Position numbers and translations under genes: made by a program | Source of the DNA: a virus | Reading direction: 5' to 3' (one strand) | Virus record (IMG/VR): IMGVR_UViG_3300018080_000117 | Location: 1-64,000 of that record | DNA: 64,000 bases | Part shown: piece by piece, positions 47,001-55,659 of the stretch | Layout: each line of letters begins with the position of its first letter | How positions within the stretch are numbered: the stretch's first letter is position 1 | The notes under the pieces: model-generated | Seen by the model: the letters and a program-made list of their open reading frames with translations, nothing else | Databases searched by the model: none | Told to the model about the DNA's origin: nothing

Positions 47001-47179
47001 GTCTCCCCCAACTTAGTAAGAATGGTTTCGTACCACTCTGAATCAAGACGCTTGTCAACACTCTTTGCCAAAGCTAACGTAAGAGCATCGTCTATCGTCA
47101 TATCCAAGACAGAATCTAAGTCACTAGGCGTGGCAACAGAAATCGAATCGCCGAAAACGTCTTGCGCCGAGATTTTCAT
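44042..47179 (-). CDS. Large polyvalent/polyprotein-like protein of alternating basic linkers and acidic domains
   Basis: 1045 aa. ART-like YVHG...VAEQYAG segment, WLLNDQGMY...VDWDEVA domain, linkers ending RKAQ, RKAG and RRAG. Confidence 0.75.
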   Translation of the reverse strand: MKISAQDVFGDSISVATPSDLDSVLDMTIDDALTLALAKSVDKRLDSEWYETILTKLGETEQDAFTMGLASAEIRVQDNLNSSQTETDEAILELVSYVNEHGSLDESFYDDLLKSKSASIAAQINNWILLHGLPLGESKTALQALPKQKMPSRNETSEYQKEVKRKVKNPNVKNEMPKKSSADHPVLEQVKNLKIWDELPEGWYVHGRASRQDLETGMHIYGTVDWAVAEQYAGDDGSVWVFTPIVDPIDMRTEAAQNELAKTIEKDYLKGGVTTEYVEHSLNELGYAVDDPSPDELSEAFELLAAEFNPSDIVNHAEAHDNPELSYWFAETYNHPIVLTEDGIVVYDLESIAAKRVEEEHEDEITAAQDSWWEDDENDSDTEENENTSEEDSDETAASLRNPNLSVRSRPANQDKENTMMREPKSYQAKIYKVEGGYKANVLDKSVTVASTEVFEKKNDAKEAARKLAFAQALETEKKELAEAIRDWVPSLPNIKQWLQRVKESDTWAEVKSIWDDLWHGKEDTNMEERPTEQYREFVEFEDMGGPALELARLRAKRRRLAKSCDKRKKTKKMKSVLQRRRSNKLASRRVAKVKTKIRLALAHQRKAQVDVGQAQKVAQDFLNMLERVDVTQAASKEIQNLLYQGELLAETIKKLPATAAKRKLAKFKGDKMIRRKAGAKEDFERVLGAVMLKESEIGLPEDPSDPVFVGITWSQEGYLSYAGALVADWTGSDQDALEGAYEITTNLLMEDKDYVKELEEEWGDEAYDVLTENVDGRSYTMTAREFVDAMLASKRGKEHIQEELDSWKELYGGWPPPEEKESSKKRKAKKMIRRRTNKLSSRTRKPSRRVGRKIPVRKRSSEIRRRAGWDTDEVSRWLLNDQGMYHDVVSLAKEAESLRKLADAIDDYVHAMGGIEGVDIDLDEVDWDEVADDFEEFVRDPMDDDEDDELDEFVNLLQSMGKRFHGNDIEQTAQDWMDEYPDVEDAEEWMRVGVFEPSAAKALEDWGLDAQDAATIWKRGMTIGYAVSNGDITPEQAYDFWEKI

Positions 47180-47754
47180 TACTCCAATCCTCTCTCCTCG
47201 TACTCATTGAGTACGTCGTCCAAAATTTCGGACTTCAGCCGGTAGTGGGTAGCAATCCCCAAACGCCCGGCTAGTTCCTTCAGATCGTTCAGAAGTAATT
47301 TTTCTACTTCTTCGATTTTGGGAAATTCCGACTTAGCAGCGATGGCCGATTCAATCGGATCCTCCACAACGGGCAAATCGAACTTAGTTTTCGCTACAAG
47401 CTCCTCGACCTTTTTAGGGGCCTCCTGAGCCTTCTCAACAACGGGGACAGGCTCGGGGTTCAATTCCACCACCAACGGCTTCTCAGCGGCAGGAGGGATT
47501 CGAGGAGCCAAGTTTCTGGGCGGTACCTTCTTGGGTTTGGCCTTCAAGTTCTTTTTGGGAAGCTTGGCCTCAGAATCAAAGACCAAAACCAATGCTCCCC
47601 CTCGAAGCAATCTTTGAATTTCGTCTGAGGACTTAAGAAATTCCCTAGAGCAGAATTTATCGAGATCCAGGGTTCCGCTTCGTCCGATCGTCGTGGATCC
47701 GTTTTCGACGCCAAACGACAAGGATCCGGGCATGGTGTTTTTTACTTTGAACAT
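47179..47754 (-). CDS. Hypothetical protein with C-terminal Rho-N/HeH-like motif
   Basis: LNDLKELAGRLGI....LKSEIL after a Pro/Lys-rich linker. Confidence 0.6.
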   Translation of the reverse strand: MFKVKNTMPGSLSFGVENGSTTIGRSGTLDLDKFCSREFLKSSDEIQRLLRGGALVLVFDSEAKLPKKNLKAKPKKVPPRNLAPRIPPAAEKPLVVELNPEPVPVVEKAQEAPKKVEELVAKTKFDLPVVEDPIESAIAAKSEFPKIEEVEKLLLNDLKELAGRLGIATHYRLKSEILDDVLNEYEERGLE

Positions 47755-47810
47755 TTTTTGGGGCCTCCCGTTGAAACTTAGTATCTAGCAAAACTCAACT
47801 ACGCTGTAAA

Positions 47811-49709
47811 CTAACGTCGCATGCGATGACTTCTTGGTCTCATAGGTCTAGCACGCCTAACGTTTTTGCGGTTAGACAGCGTGCCTAAGTTTTTAGTAAG
47901 CATCCGGTGAACCCCCACGTAGCACTGGATCATATCGTTCGATCCGTTCTTGGGGTGGTCAACTTTAGTTCCTGTGTCTTCTAAGGTAGCTAACTCCCAC
48001 AACGCTTTTGCACACGGCATACACCGCGACTCCGCAGGATCTGCGGTGGCGTGCTCTCTTGTCGGAAGTAAGCAACTTCGGTTTCTGACGTCCGCCAAAA
48101 AGTCAACGTGCTCGTCTCTGGTAAGGTTTGCCTTGAAAGCGTGCACGTTGCTATCGAGCAAGCGCTGAATCTGCTCGGTGCTATTCCACCGGTCATATCC
48201 GACTGCCCCTAAACTTAGCGTATCGTTGAGCATCAAAATGATCTCGGTTACGGCGGGAAAATAAACCGTATGCGGTGGTAGTCCCATTTTGTTATCAGCC
48301 CTGATCGGCCTAATCTCCAACGCACCGTCAATGCGTTTTATGCTCTCCTCATTGTGACCGATAGCTAAACAAAAGCTATCTCCTGCCTCACCGGGGTCGC
48401 AATGAACGTAGTAGGTGTAGAGATGGTTAAAATCGATTCTGGAGACAAGCAAACGAACATAGTGGTAAGTCTTCTCAATAAGCTTAGTGCTAATGTGTTT
48501 TTTGAAAAACTCTTCGCGGTAGGTGAACATATTTTGCTTAGTCGGATCGATCGCCGCCTCGATAATGTCTGGGTCTTCTACGAAAGGGCTTTCAGCCCCC
48601 GGTGGGTTAGCACCGTAATCTCGTTCGGCTCCCAAAGGATCTTTGGCGTACTCCTCGTTTAGCTCTTCTCTGGTAATCGTTGGGTTAAACTCCCACGTCG
48701 CTTTGTGAAAGGTGAACATTCTTTTTACAACCTTTGCCTGCTTCAACAAGTTCATGCTTTTGTCGGTAGAGAACAGCGGCGAGCTAATGCTAACCATAAA
48801 ACCCGCAAGCAAGTCGTGTCGGTTTTCGTTTTTTCTTATTTTATCGATCGCAGAACGCACCGTCCTCAAAGAGCGCTCCATTACTCGATACACCTCGGTA
48901 GCGGATTGCTTAGCGTTGCCCGCGTCCATACGACTAAGCTCATCGACAATCGCAAACAACCGCGTTCTACCAGCCTGGGTTGCCGAGTTAGCAGGAATGG
49001 ATTCAGCCTTGATCTGTGCGTCTTTCCAATAAACGACACGTGTGCTTTCTTGGTAGAGGTCACCACGCCTAAGGTTTGGCTCTGCTAACTCCACACGCAT
49101 CAACTCTTGCTTGTACTGCTGGAACCAAGGGCTTTCGCTATACATGCTTCTAAATTGCCCATACACGGTCTCTTGAGCCTGTTCCCCGGCTGCAGCAGCG
49201 AAGCTTGCGTCTAAACGCTGCGCACGAAAAATTCCAAGCTCCTGGGACATACGTTCGTAGGTTAGTGCGTAGTGAAGCAACGCAGCGGCTACAGACGCTG
49301 CCCATGCGCTCTTTCCGGCACGCATCCCCACCACACCGTTGACCGTATCGAAGAAGCGAAACGTACCCTCCTTAAAGTCTGCTTTCGTTTGTTTGCAAAC
49401 CGGACAACGCCCCCACTCAAACAAAATTTGCTCGTCCCTTGGAATATCATCCTGGGTGTGGATCCTAACCAAGTCGTTGCACTTAGGGCAGAGCAGTTCA
49501 AACACGTCGCGAGTCATTTTGTACTGCTCGGGGAAGAGAGGGTTGGGACCAGATAAAAAGTCAGGGCTTTCGATAAACACGATTGGATTAGGCGCAACTG
49601 GCAACCTAACACGCCCTTGTGTGACGTGCTTGTTCTCGCCTTTGGTGCCTTCGATAAACGTGTCTAGGCTGGAGAAAATATCAGAAGGTTCGTGTTCTGC
49701 AGTAAGCAT
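47811..49709 (-). CDS. terL: Terminase large subunit
   Basis: Walker A GMRAGKS, Walker B AIVDE, ISSP coupling motif, nuclease HCDPG, YDRWNS and KVDHP..GSND. N-terminal CxxC...CxxC insert. Confidence 0.92.
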   Translation of the reverse strand: MLTAEHEPSDIFSSLDTFIEGTKGENKHVTQGRVRLPVAPNPIVFIESPDFLSGPNPLFPEQYKMTRDVFELLCPKCNDLVRIHTQDDIPRDEQILFEWGRCPVCKQTKADFKEGTFRFFDTVNGVVGMRAGKSAWAASVAAALLHYALTYERMSQELGIFRAQRLDASFAAAAGEQAQETVYGQFRSMYSESPWFQQYKQELMRVELAEPNLRRGDLYQESTRVVYWKDAQIKAESIPANSATQAGRTRLFAIVDELSRMDAGNAKQSATEVYRVMERSLRTVRSAIDKIRKNENRHDLLAGFMVSISSPLFSTDKSMNLLKQAKVVKRMFTFHKATWEFNPTITREELNEEYAKDPLGAERDYGANPPGAESPFVEDPDIIEAAIDPTKQNMFTYREEFFKKHISTKLIEKTYHYVRLLVSRIDFNHLYTYYVHCDPGEAGDSFCLAIGHNEESIKRIDGALEIRPIRADNKMGLPPHTVYFPAVTEIILMLNDTLSLGAVGYDRWNSTEQIQRLLDSNVHAFKANLTRDEHVDFLADVRNRSCLLPTREHATADPAESRCMPCAKALWELATLEDTGTKVDHPKNGSNDMIQCYVGVHRMLTKNLGTLSNRKNVRRARPMRPRSHRMRR

Positions 49710-49710
49710 G

Positions 49711-49920
49711 TTACTCCTTCTTCTTGGCTCCTCCCTTTGCGATTATCGCAATATCCGTCGCAGTGTGGCCAAGAATCATCGCAGAGGTTAGGAAAATAAG
49801 GACTGTCTCCCAAATGTCTTGATCTACCTTTCCCAAAATGAGCAGCACGGTTGACAAGATAAGACACAACAAAGCCCAACTAAACTTTTTACCACCCAGC
49901 ATTTCAAGTATGGTATTCAC
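49711..49920 (-). CDS. Small two-TM membrane protein (holin-like)
   Basis: GGAGG then GTG at 49920, two hydrophobic segments, basic C-terminus. Confidence 0.55.
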   Translation of the reverse strand: MNTILEMLGGKKFSWALLCLILSTVLLILGKVDQDIWETVLIFLTSAMILGHTATDIAIIAKGGAKKKE

Positions 49921-49966
49921 TGAATCCTCCTTTTTGTTTACCTCTATTTTAGACATAGGAGATCTT

Positions 49967-50800
49967 ATGTACTTAATCACCGGCGCGGAAGGACAACTTG
50001 GAAGAGCCTTTGTTAGCTTATTTTGTCGCAAGGAGATTAGTTTCAAAGCTTTTGGGCACAGAGCCTGGGACATCACAAACGAGCCTCAGACCGCTGAGAT
50101 TATGGCCCCCTACCCCGGATGCACCGTCATCAACTGCGCCGCTTACAACTTCGTCGACGGCGCTGAAGAGAATCAAGAGTTAGCAAAAAACATTAATTCT
50201 GAAGCTCCCGCAACCCTTGCGGCCCTGTGCAAACGGCGCGGTGGAAAGCTAATCCATTTCTCGTCGGACTTTGTCTTTTCAAGTAACGACCCTACAGCCA
50301 CATTTAGTTGTGATGCCCCTGTCAACCCTATCAACTTCTACGGACTAACAAAAGCGTGGGGCGAGGAAAGGGTAAGGAGCAACCTAAAAAATCATCTTAT
50401 TGTTCGCACGTCCTTTGTTTTTGGGCATGCTCGCACACCCAACATTGTGCACAAGCTAAAAGATCTTTTGGAGCACGAACACAATCGAGGCGGAAAACCA
50501 ATAATCGCCACCCGCCCCATAAGCAAAATGACTTACGCACCGGACTTAGTCAAAGAGACATGGAAGCTGATACAGAAAAACGAGCAAGGGACTTTTCACA
50601 TTACCAACAGTGAAACATTTTGCCCGTTTGAATTGGCGTCCTTTCTAGGGGATAAATTAGGTGTCTCGTGCGCAATACCGGGGGAGTATCAAACACGGGC
50701 TCCTCGTCCAATTTGCAGCACGCTAGATGACTGTCCTGATCTTCCTAACTGGATGTCGCGGGTTGCTCTTTTTCTAAAGGAGTCACCCAGGGGGATTTAG
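49967..50800 (+). CDS. rmlD: dTDP-4-dehydrorhamnose reductase family protein
   Basis: ITGAEGQLG, INCAAY, HFSSDFVF and YGLTKAWGE (YxxxK). AGGAG RBS before ATG 49967. Confidence 0.88.
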   Translation: MYLITGAEGQLGRAFVSLFCRKEISFKAFGHRAWDITNEPQTAEIMAPYPGCTVINCAAYNFVDGAEENQELAKNINSEAPATLAALCKRRGGKLIHFSSDFVFSSNDPTATFSCDAPVNPINFYGLTKAWGEERVRSNLKNHLIVRTSFVFGHARTPNIVHKLKDLLEHEHNRGGKPIIATRPISKMTYAPDLVKETWKLIQKNEQGTFHITNSETFCPFELASFLGDKLGVSCAIPGEYQTRAPRPICSTLDDCPDLPNWMSRVALFLKESPRGI

Positions 50801-51184
50801 TTTTACAACTTCAAACTTTTCGATCTCCCCTTTTTTTACAGGAGATCCGCAAACAGGGCATACGTTGTCATAGACCTCTGTGAAGTCACAATTGCTGGGG
50901 CACGTAACACGCCGATGGGCCACAATGATTTTTCCCTCGGAATAAAAAATTCCATTAAGAACACCCAACACACCTACAAACCCTTTTCCTGAAGACCAGT
51001 GGGGAACCTTGCATTGAATTGTAGGGTGGTTTACGATCCCTTCGTTACACCACACTTCTTTTTCAAAAAGCTTACTAATCCCTCCTTGGTCCAATTGCAG
51101 GGCTTCATTTAGCAGCGCTGTCGTGTCTTCAATCGTTGGCATTAGGAAAGGCTCCGTTTGATAGCTTTTACCTTCACAATTCAC
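50783..51184 (-). CDS. Hypothetical protein with Zn ribbon
   Basis: HPTIQ...VGVLGVLNG, CPSNC and CPVCG. Confidence 0.6.
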   Translation of the reverse strand: MNCEGKSYQTEPFLMPTIEDTTALLNEALQLDQGGISKLFEKEVWCNEGIVNHPTIQCKVPHWSSGKGFVGVLGVLNGIFYSEGKIIVAHRRVTCPSNCDFTEVYDNVCPVCGSPVKKGEIEKFEVVKLNPPG

Positions 51185-51896
51185 CCCATTTTCTTTGCGC
51201 GTTTACGATTGGACCTTTGTTATCTCGCTTGCCTAAAAAACGTGCCTTGTTTTTTAGGATCAGATCATTTCGAAAGTATCCTGGGTTTCTTGCGTGCGGA
51301 AGATGGATCATACTTGTATCATCCATGTGCATCATCTTCCACGCGGCTAATTTGGCTCTCAGGTTTAGATCTTTGTCTTCGTATCCCCAACCTCGATAAG
51401 TCTCGTCAAACCCTTTGACGTAGTGCAACCAACTGGTTTTGACTCCCTGACAATTTCCTACGCCGTGCGGTTTCTTCGTAGCCGTTGCTAGTACGGTGTT
51501 GCGGTACTGTCGATACTTCTTCCAATTAAACTGGTGGGGATCAAACTTCGGAGGTGAATCCGCAAAGTCCGTCAAGCACCTTACGAACCCATGTTCAATG
51601 TTCTGCATTACTTTATGAAAAAAGTTAGGTTGGAAAATTTGGTCTACGTCTGTGATCAAAGTGTAAGGGGTCTGCACTGCCTTAATCCCAATATTCAACG
51701 CGCGTGCTTTGTGGAACAAAGCCGTGTCACGCACCACACGAATTACTTTTCCTTCTGTCTGCAACCTAACTGGCTTTGCAGATCCAAAGTCGACAACAAT
51801 TAGCCGGGGCTTAGGATCGCAATAAGCAATCGAGTGTTCGCAGTAAGCTAAGTTTTCGGTGCGGTCTTTTACCGCTATAACAACAGTTAGGTCCAT
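51174..51896 (-). CDS. GT-A glycosyltransferase (GT2/GT7-like)
   Basis: VVDFGS, FHKARALN.G, DxD (TDVD) and GFDE.Y.GWGYED. Confidence 0.88.
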   Translation of the reverse strand: MDLTVVIAVKDRTENLAYCEHSIAYCDPKPRLIVVDFGSAKPVRLQTEGKVIRVVRDTALFHKARALNIGIKAVQTPYTLITDVDQIFQPNFFHKVMQNIEHGFVRCLTDFADSPPKFDPHQFNWKKYRQYRNTVLATATKKPHGVGNCQGVKTSWLHYVKGFDETYRGWGYEDKDLNLRAKLAAWKMMHMDDTSMIHLPHARNPGYFRNDLILKNKARFLGKRDNKGPIVNAQRKWGEL

Positions 51897-52513
51897 GTGT
51901 ACCCAAACCTTTTAAAGTCGTCTGAGAACATTCCTGCGACCAAGCTTACTGAACGAGGGGTGTAGTAGGACCGGTAATCTCGATGGGAGGTTTTGTTGGT
52001 GTGCGGTAGAAAAGAGTTTACCTGAACCTTTACTGAGATCGATTTCCACGCACTTCCGATTTCTTCGAGCTTGTAATACTTACTTACGATTTGATTTCCG
52101 GCACGGTCCGACAAATACCACCATTGACCGTTGCGAATCGGGTGCCGGTAGGGATTTGATTTTTCGAACCACTCTACAAATTCAGGAAAGCCTAGCTTGT
52201 TAGCAATTTGATGTCTTGGATCGTGGGTGTCTTTTCGGATGTAAAAATAAGCAGAGACCATCCAATCAAATGGGTTCCTCACTATCCCAAAGCTAAACAT
52301 CTCTGCCCAGGAGGCATACCCCATGTGTTGCCTAAGGTCTCTGGCGGGGGCGTGCTTCCACAGTCTAGGATTTGCTTGCTTAGCTACCCCCGGTGGCGGA
52401 TTGTGTTGGTAGACCCCGACGGTTGCGTGCTTGCCCAAAACCTTTTTGATACTGGTCCCACCAGTTTTCGGGATGTGGACAAAAACAAATTTTTTGGTGT
52501 TGGAAATGATCAT
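51887..52513 (-). CDS. Sulfotransferase (family 2)
   Basis: FVHIPKTGGTSI (5'-PSB), VRNPFD..VSAY (3'-PB) and DFKRFGY. Confidence 0.9.
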   Translation of the reverse strand: MIISNTKKFVFVHIPKTGGTSIKKVLGKHATVGVYQHNPPPGVAKQANPRLWKHAPARDLRQHMGYASWAEMFSFGIVRNPFDWMVSAYFYIRKDTHDPRHQIANKLGFPEFVEWFEKSNPYRHPIRNGQWWYLSDRAGNQIVSKYYKLEEIGSAWKSISVKVQVNSFLPHTNKTSHRDYRSYYTPRSVSLVAGMFSDDFKRFGYTWT

Positions 52514-53190
52514 TTTTTCCAGTGGACCAGTTTAGGGTCAATCCACGTCTCAACCTGTCGTTTATTGAGCGTTGGTTTTTCCTCGATGAACTTACAAATC
52601 TGCTTGTAGGTCTTCCACGGCTTAGTGAACAATTTCTTGAACTCCAAGTCCATGTACTTAGCAAAGCCGTAGTGAGCCCTCACACGCTTCTCGTGCTCTG
52701 CCCATGCTCTGATATGGGTTTTGATAGTTGGAAGGCTTGCATCGCGCTCCACGGGGTTCCTAGAGCCTTTCCACATTCTCTGCGTGCTCTTGGCTTGCGC
52801 ATCGATGTCGCGCTGCATACACAACACGTACACTTCAACGTCAGGCACGCCTGCGAGAAAAGCTAAGTGAAGGTATCGCTGGGCCTTGAACGCAACTAAG
52901 TTTTTCGCAAATTCCTTTTCGAGTATTTTTTTGAATTCGTCGGTATGTCTCTTCGCCACCGTTCTCAAGTTACTTATCTCAGGAACGTACTGCAGGTTGT
53001 CTCCGTAGAACATTCCCCAAACGTTGCGCTGGAATTCTCGAAAAGACCTTAGCTCAAAGTAGCCTTTTGGGTTCATCGGACTTTTACCCGTAAGACTTTT
53101 TCCAACGTCGCAGCCGTGGATCTTAAGCAACCCCATCGTTGCACTAGTGCCCATCCTCCCCAAACGACTTCCCACCAGAACGATTTTCAT
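52510..53190 (-). CDS. Sulfotransferase-like protein
   Basis: GRMGTS and NPKGYFE motifs. Confidence 0.75.
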   Translation of the reverse strand: MKIVLVGSRLGRMGTSATMGLLKIHGCDVGKSLTGKSPMNPKGYFELRSFREFQRNVWGMFYGDNLQYVPEISNLRTVAKRHTDEFKKILEKEFAKNLVAFKAQRYLHLAFLAGVPDVEVYVLCMQRDIDAQAKSTQRMWKGSRNPVERDASLPTIKTHIRAWAEHEKRVRAHYGFAKYMDLEFKKLFTKPWKTYKQICKFIEEKPTLNKRQVETWIDPKLVHWKK

Positions 53191-53912
53191 TTTTTACTAA
53201 GCTCCTGGAGCTTGTTGTACAACGGTAAGAGGTTTTCAGGATAGCGCATTGGCTTAGACCGTTTTAGTTTTACGTCAGGAAATTTTCGATCAACATCGGC
53301 AATAACGGCATCAACCACTTTTTCGATTCCCGCCTTCGTCAGTATCTCGTCAAAGGAGATAAACTTCCAAGGGCGTGTACTGTCGGCATAGTGGTTTAAG
53401 ATGTTTAGGTACATGTCTTCCCACACACCAAACAAGTAAGAGGCGTCGTGTTTGTAGTTTGCTAGGTACTTAGCTTTTCTTATCTCCTGCCGCATACTAG
53501 AAACCGTAATTCCAGGGTTTCGAAAGACGACCAAAACAACGGTGTTGGAGGGAAGATAGGCGTCCCAGGTAGGAAATGTGTACGAAAGCCGGGGGTCCTT
53601 CAAACAAAACGGTTTGGGTCTTGGTTGCAGGTACTTTCTAATCAGCACCCGCTGTTGATAAGTCGAGTACAGCGGCGTACCTGGAGCTAATCTTTTTAAC
53701 CACCAATGCCCCCTCGGTACCTGTCTTTGCGTTGTTTGCTTCAGTATCCCCTCATTGATCTCGTGGTTGACCGTAGAATCCTCGAAGAAGCCTTTCGGAT
53801 TAGCAGGGCTCGGCGGAATAAGATTGTCGCCGTGCCAATGCGTTTTGTTCATAAGCCCCGCCAGTAGGCTGCTTCCACTTCTACCGGACCCGAGAACCAC
53901 GACGTTTTTCAT
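53187..53912 (-). CDS. Sulfotransferase-like protein
   Basis: VLGSGRSGSS, NPKGFFED, KDPR and RNP...V.S motifs. Confidence 0.85.
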   Translation of the reverse strand: MKNVVVLGSGRSGSSLLAGLMNKTHWHGDNLIPPSPANPKGFFEDSTVNHEINEGILKQTTQRQVPRGHWWLKRLAPGTPLYSTYQQRVLIRKYLQPRPKPFCLKDPRLSYTFPTWDAYLPSNTVVLVVFRNPGITVSSMRQEIRKAKYLANYKHDASYLFGVWEDMYLNILNHYADSTRPWKFISFDEILTKAGIEKVVDAVIADVDRKFPDVKLKRSKPMRYPENLLPLYNKLQELSKK

Positions 53913-54811
53913 TTTGAGAAAACCTTTTTGAAGCTAGAAATTATTGTTTGCGGGTGCGTCCACCGCGTATGTTGGTTGTTGGGCAACCACGGTTGTGCAA
54001 GCATTTTCAAATAAGCCTCGTCGTTGCTGTCCAAAAAAGCTACCTGATCTAGCAGTGCCCTCAGTACTGACGAGTATCCGCTAATGCCCTTGTGGTAGGG
54101 GTGAACAAAACTATCTCCGTTGAAGTCTCTGCACACCTCAGGATTACCCCAATAAATAGGAATCGCATTAGCTAGCATCGCATGGTAGATCTTCTCGGTT
54201 GTGTAACCGGGGTAAGCACTGTTCTCAAAGGAGATGACAAACTTGTACGGTTTGAGGTAGTCTATTTTTTCCTGAAAAAAGTTTGGACTGCTGTGCCTGC
54301 TGCTGTGCGGGTCTTTGTACCCACCGATCGGTTTTGCATTGTTCCTGCAGTTACCCGGCGAATCGACTCGCTTGTACTTGTTCAAAACATCGAACATTTG
54401 ATTTCGAATTGTAATGTTGTGGGCGTAGACGAATGCACAAAACTTAGTTTTGCTAGCTAGGATTTTTTCGGGGTCGTAATCCTTGGGTTTGATTAGGTCT
54501 TGTCCTGCACCATTCTTGACGTAGTTCGGCACCCGAAAGTAATGCGGCTTTTGAATCTCATCTTCGTAGTCAGTGCCCATGCACCAATCACAATTTTTTG
54601 TGTCCGGCCTTACGTTCTCGTTGTTGAAAAATATCCTGGTGTAATTTGTTCTTCCTTTGATCCCCTGCCCAGACAAGACATGTGTTGGGTTAGCCCGATC
54701 GTGAATAAACTCGAAGTGATCGAAGAGGTATGTCATTTTTCGGAAGAACCTGTTGGCGGTAAGTTGCTTGCTCCACATATTGCGAACGTCGGTGCGGACT
54801 CTTGTTTTCAT
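53909..54811 (-). CDS. GT10 alpha-1,3-fucosyltransferase-like protein
   Basis: KFCAFVY, YKRVDS.G and YKFVISFENS..PGY.TEKI...IPIYWG. Start MKTR at 54811. Confidence 0.88.
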   Translation of the reverse strand: MKTRVRTDVRNMWSKQLTANRFFRKMTYLFDHFEFIHDRANPTHVLSGQGIKGRTNYTRIFFNNENVRPDTKNCDWCMGTDYEDEIQKPHYFRVPNYVKNGAGQDLIKPKDYDPEKILASKTKFCAFVYAHNITIRNQMFDVLNKYKRVDSPGNCRNNAKPIGGYKDPHSSRHSSPNFFQEKIDYLKPYKFVISFENSAYPGYTTEKIYHAMLANAIPIYWGNPEVCRDFNGDSFVHPYHKGISGYSSVLRALLDQVAFLDSNDEAYLKMLAQPWLPNNQHTRWTHPQTIISSFKKVFSK

Positions 54812-55655
54812 GTCTTTTTCTTTCGTACGCACGCTCAACTGGATCGAGTGCTTTTTCGATCGGGTCTTGCGAAATCGCTTGTGAGAACAGACCATGCGAT
54901 CGCAGCCACTCCCGGAACCTGCCCATTTCCAGTGGCTTTGACGCGGTCCATCCGATTGGCCACCCCATCATCCACTCGCGCAAAGCGGGGTAGACGCCAC
55001 CAGTCAGTGACTTCACACCTCCCTTGTTGCTGCCGTAGAGACTTGCTGTTGGTGTTGGCAATTTGTTCAGCACCGTAGCCAAACCATTGCCCGACCTGGA
55101 GGACGCCCCTTTCTTGTTGTAGTCTCCGCATACTGTCAAGGTTGGCAGCATTTCCAATCCACTCACTGGACACGGCAACGATCCACATTCGTCTTCGCTC
55201 ATGGTTCGCACCGATGTCCCCAGCTCCCAATACCCCGACCCGTCCCACATACCCCATGCTGATAAATCTCTCGACGATTGTGGCCAACCCCTTGGTACGT
55301 AGGTGCGGACTGTTTTCCGTGAACACAAACGTAGGCCGCACTTCATCAACAATTCTGAGCATTTCGTAGACAAGCCCAGAACGTGATCCGGTAATTCCAG
55401 CACCTTGACCCGCCGCACTGATATCCTGGCATGGGAATCCTCCGCTAATGACATCAACGTGTCCGCGCCAGGAGCGCCCGTCGAACGTGCGAACGTCGTC
55501 CCATATTGGGAATCGGGGCAAGCACCCATCTCGCTGTCTGCCGAGCAATATCTGCTGGCAGTAGGGATCAAGCTCGACAGCGCAGACGGTGCGCCATCCA
55601 AGCAAGTGTGAGGCCAGCAAGCCGCCTCCTGCCCCTGCAAATAATGCCAGCTCAT
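54690..55655 (-). CDS. Alternate-frame ORF overlapping the cytosine methyltransferase (candidate second subunit)
   Basis: 321 open codons starting 4 nt after the MTase start. LPTP and EWMMGWPIGWT motifs. Confidence 0.5.
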   Translation of the reverse strand: MSWHYLQGQEAACWPHTCLDGAPSALSSLIPTASRYCSADSEMGACPDSQYGTTFARSTGAPGADTLMSLAEDSHARISVRRVKVLELPDHVLGLSTKCSELLMKCGLRLCSRKTVRTYVPRGWPQSSRDLSAWGMWDGSGYWELGTSVRTMSEDECGSLPCPVSGLEMLPTLTVCGDYNKKGASSRSGNGLATVLNKLPTPTASLYGSNKGGVKSLTGGVYPALREWMMGWPIGWTASKPLEMGRFREWLRSHGLFSQAISQDPIEKALDPVERAYERKRHENKSPHRRSQYVEQATYRQQVLPKNDIPLRSLRVYSRSG

Positions 55656-55659
55656 TCAC
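54835..55659 (-). CDS. DNA cytosine-5 methyltransferase
   Basis: LFAGAGG (I), GGFPCQD (IV), ENS (VI), H.RRRMW (VIII) and GNGQVP (X). GTG start at 55659. Confidence 0.92.
   Translation of the reverse strand: MNELALFAGAGGGLLASHLLGWRTVCAVELDPYCQQILLGRQRDGCLPRFPIWDDVRTFDGRSWRGHVDVISGGFPCQDISAAGQGAGITGSRSGLVYEMLRIVDEVRPTFVFTENSPHLRTKGLATIVERFISMGYVGRVGVLGAGDIGANHERRRMWIVAVSSEWIGNAANLDSMRRLQQERGVLQVGQWFGYGAEQIANTNSKSLRQQQGRCEVTDWWRLPRFARVDDGVANRMDRVKATGNGQVPGVAAIAWSVLTSDFARPDRKSTRSS

Noticed and set aside
47811-49709. Intein or intron in the terminase
   Set aside because: Motif spacing is continuous and there are no intein terminal or LAGLIDADG motifs. Only a small Cys-rich insert is present.
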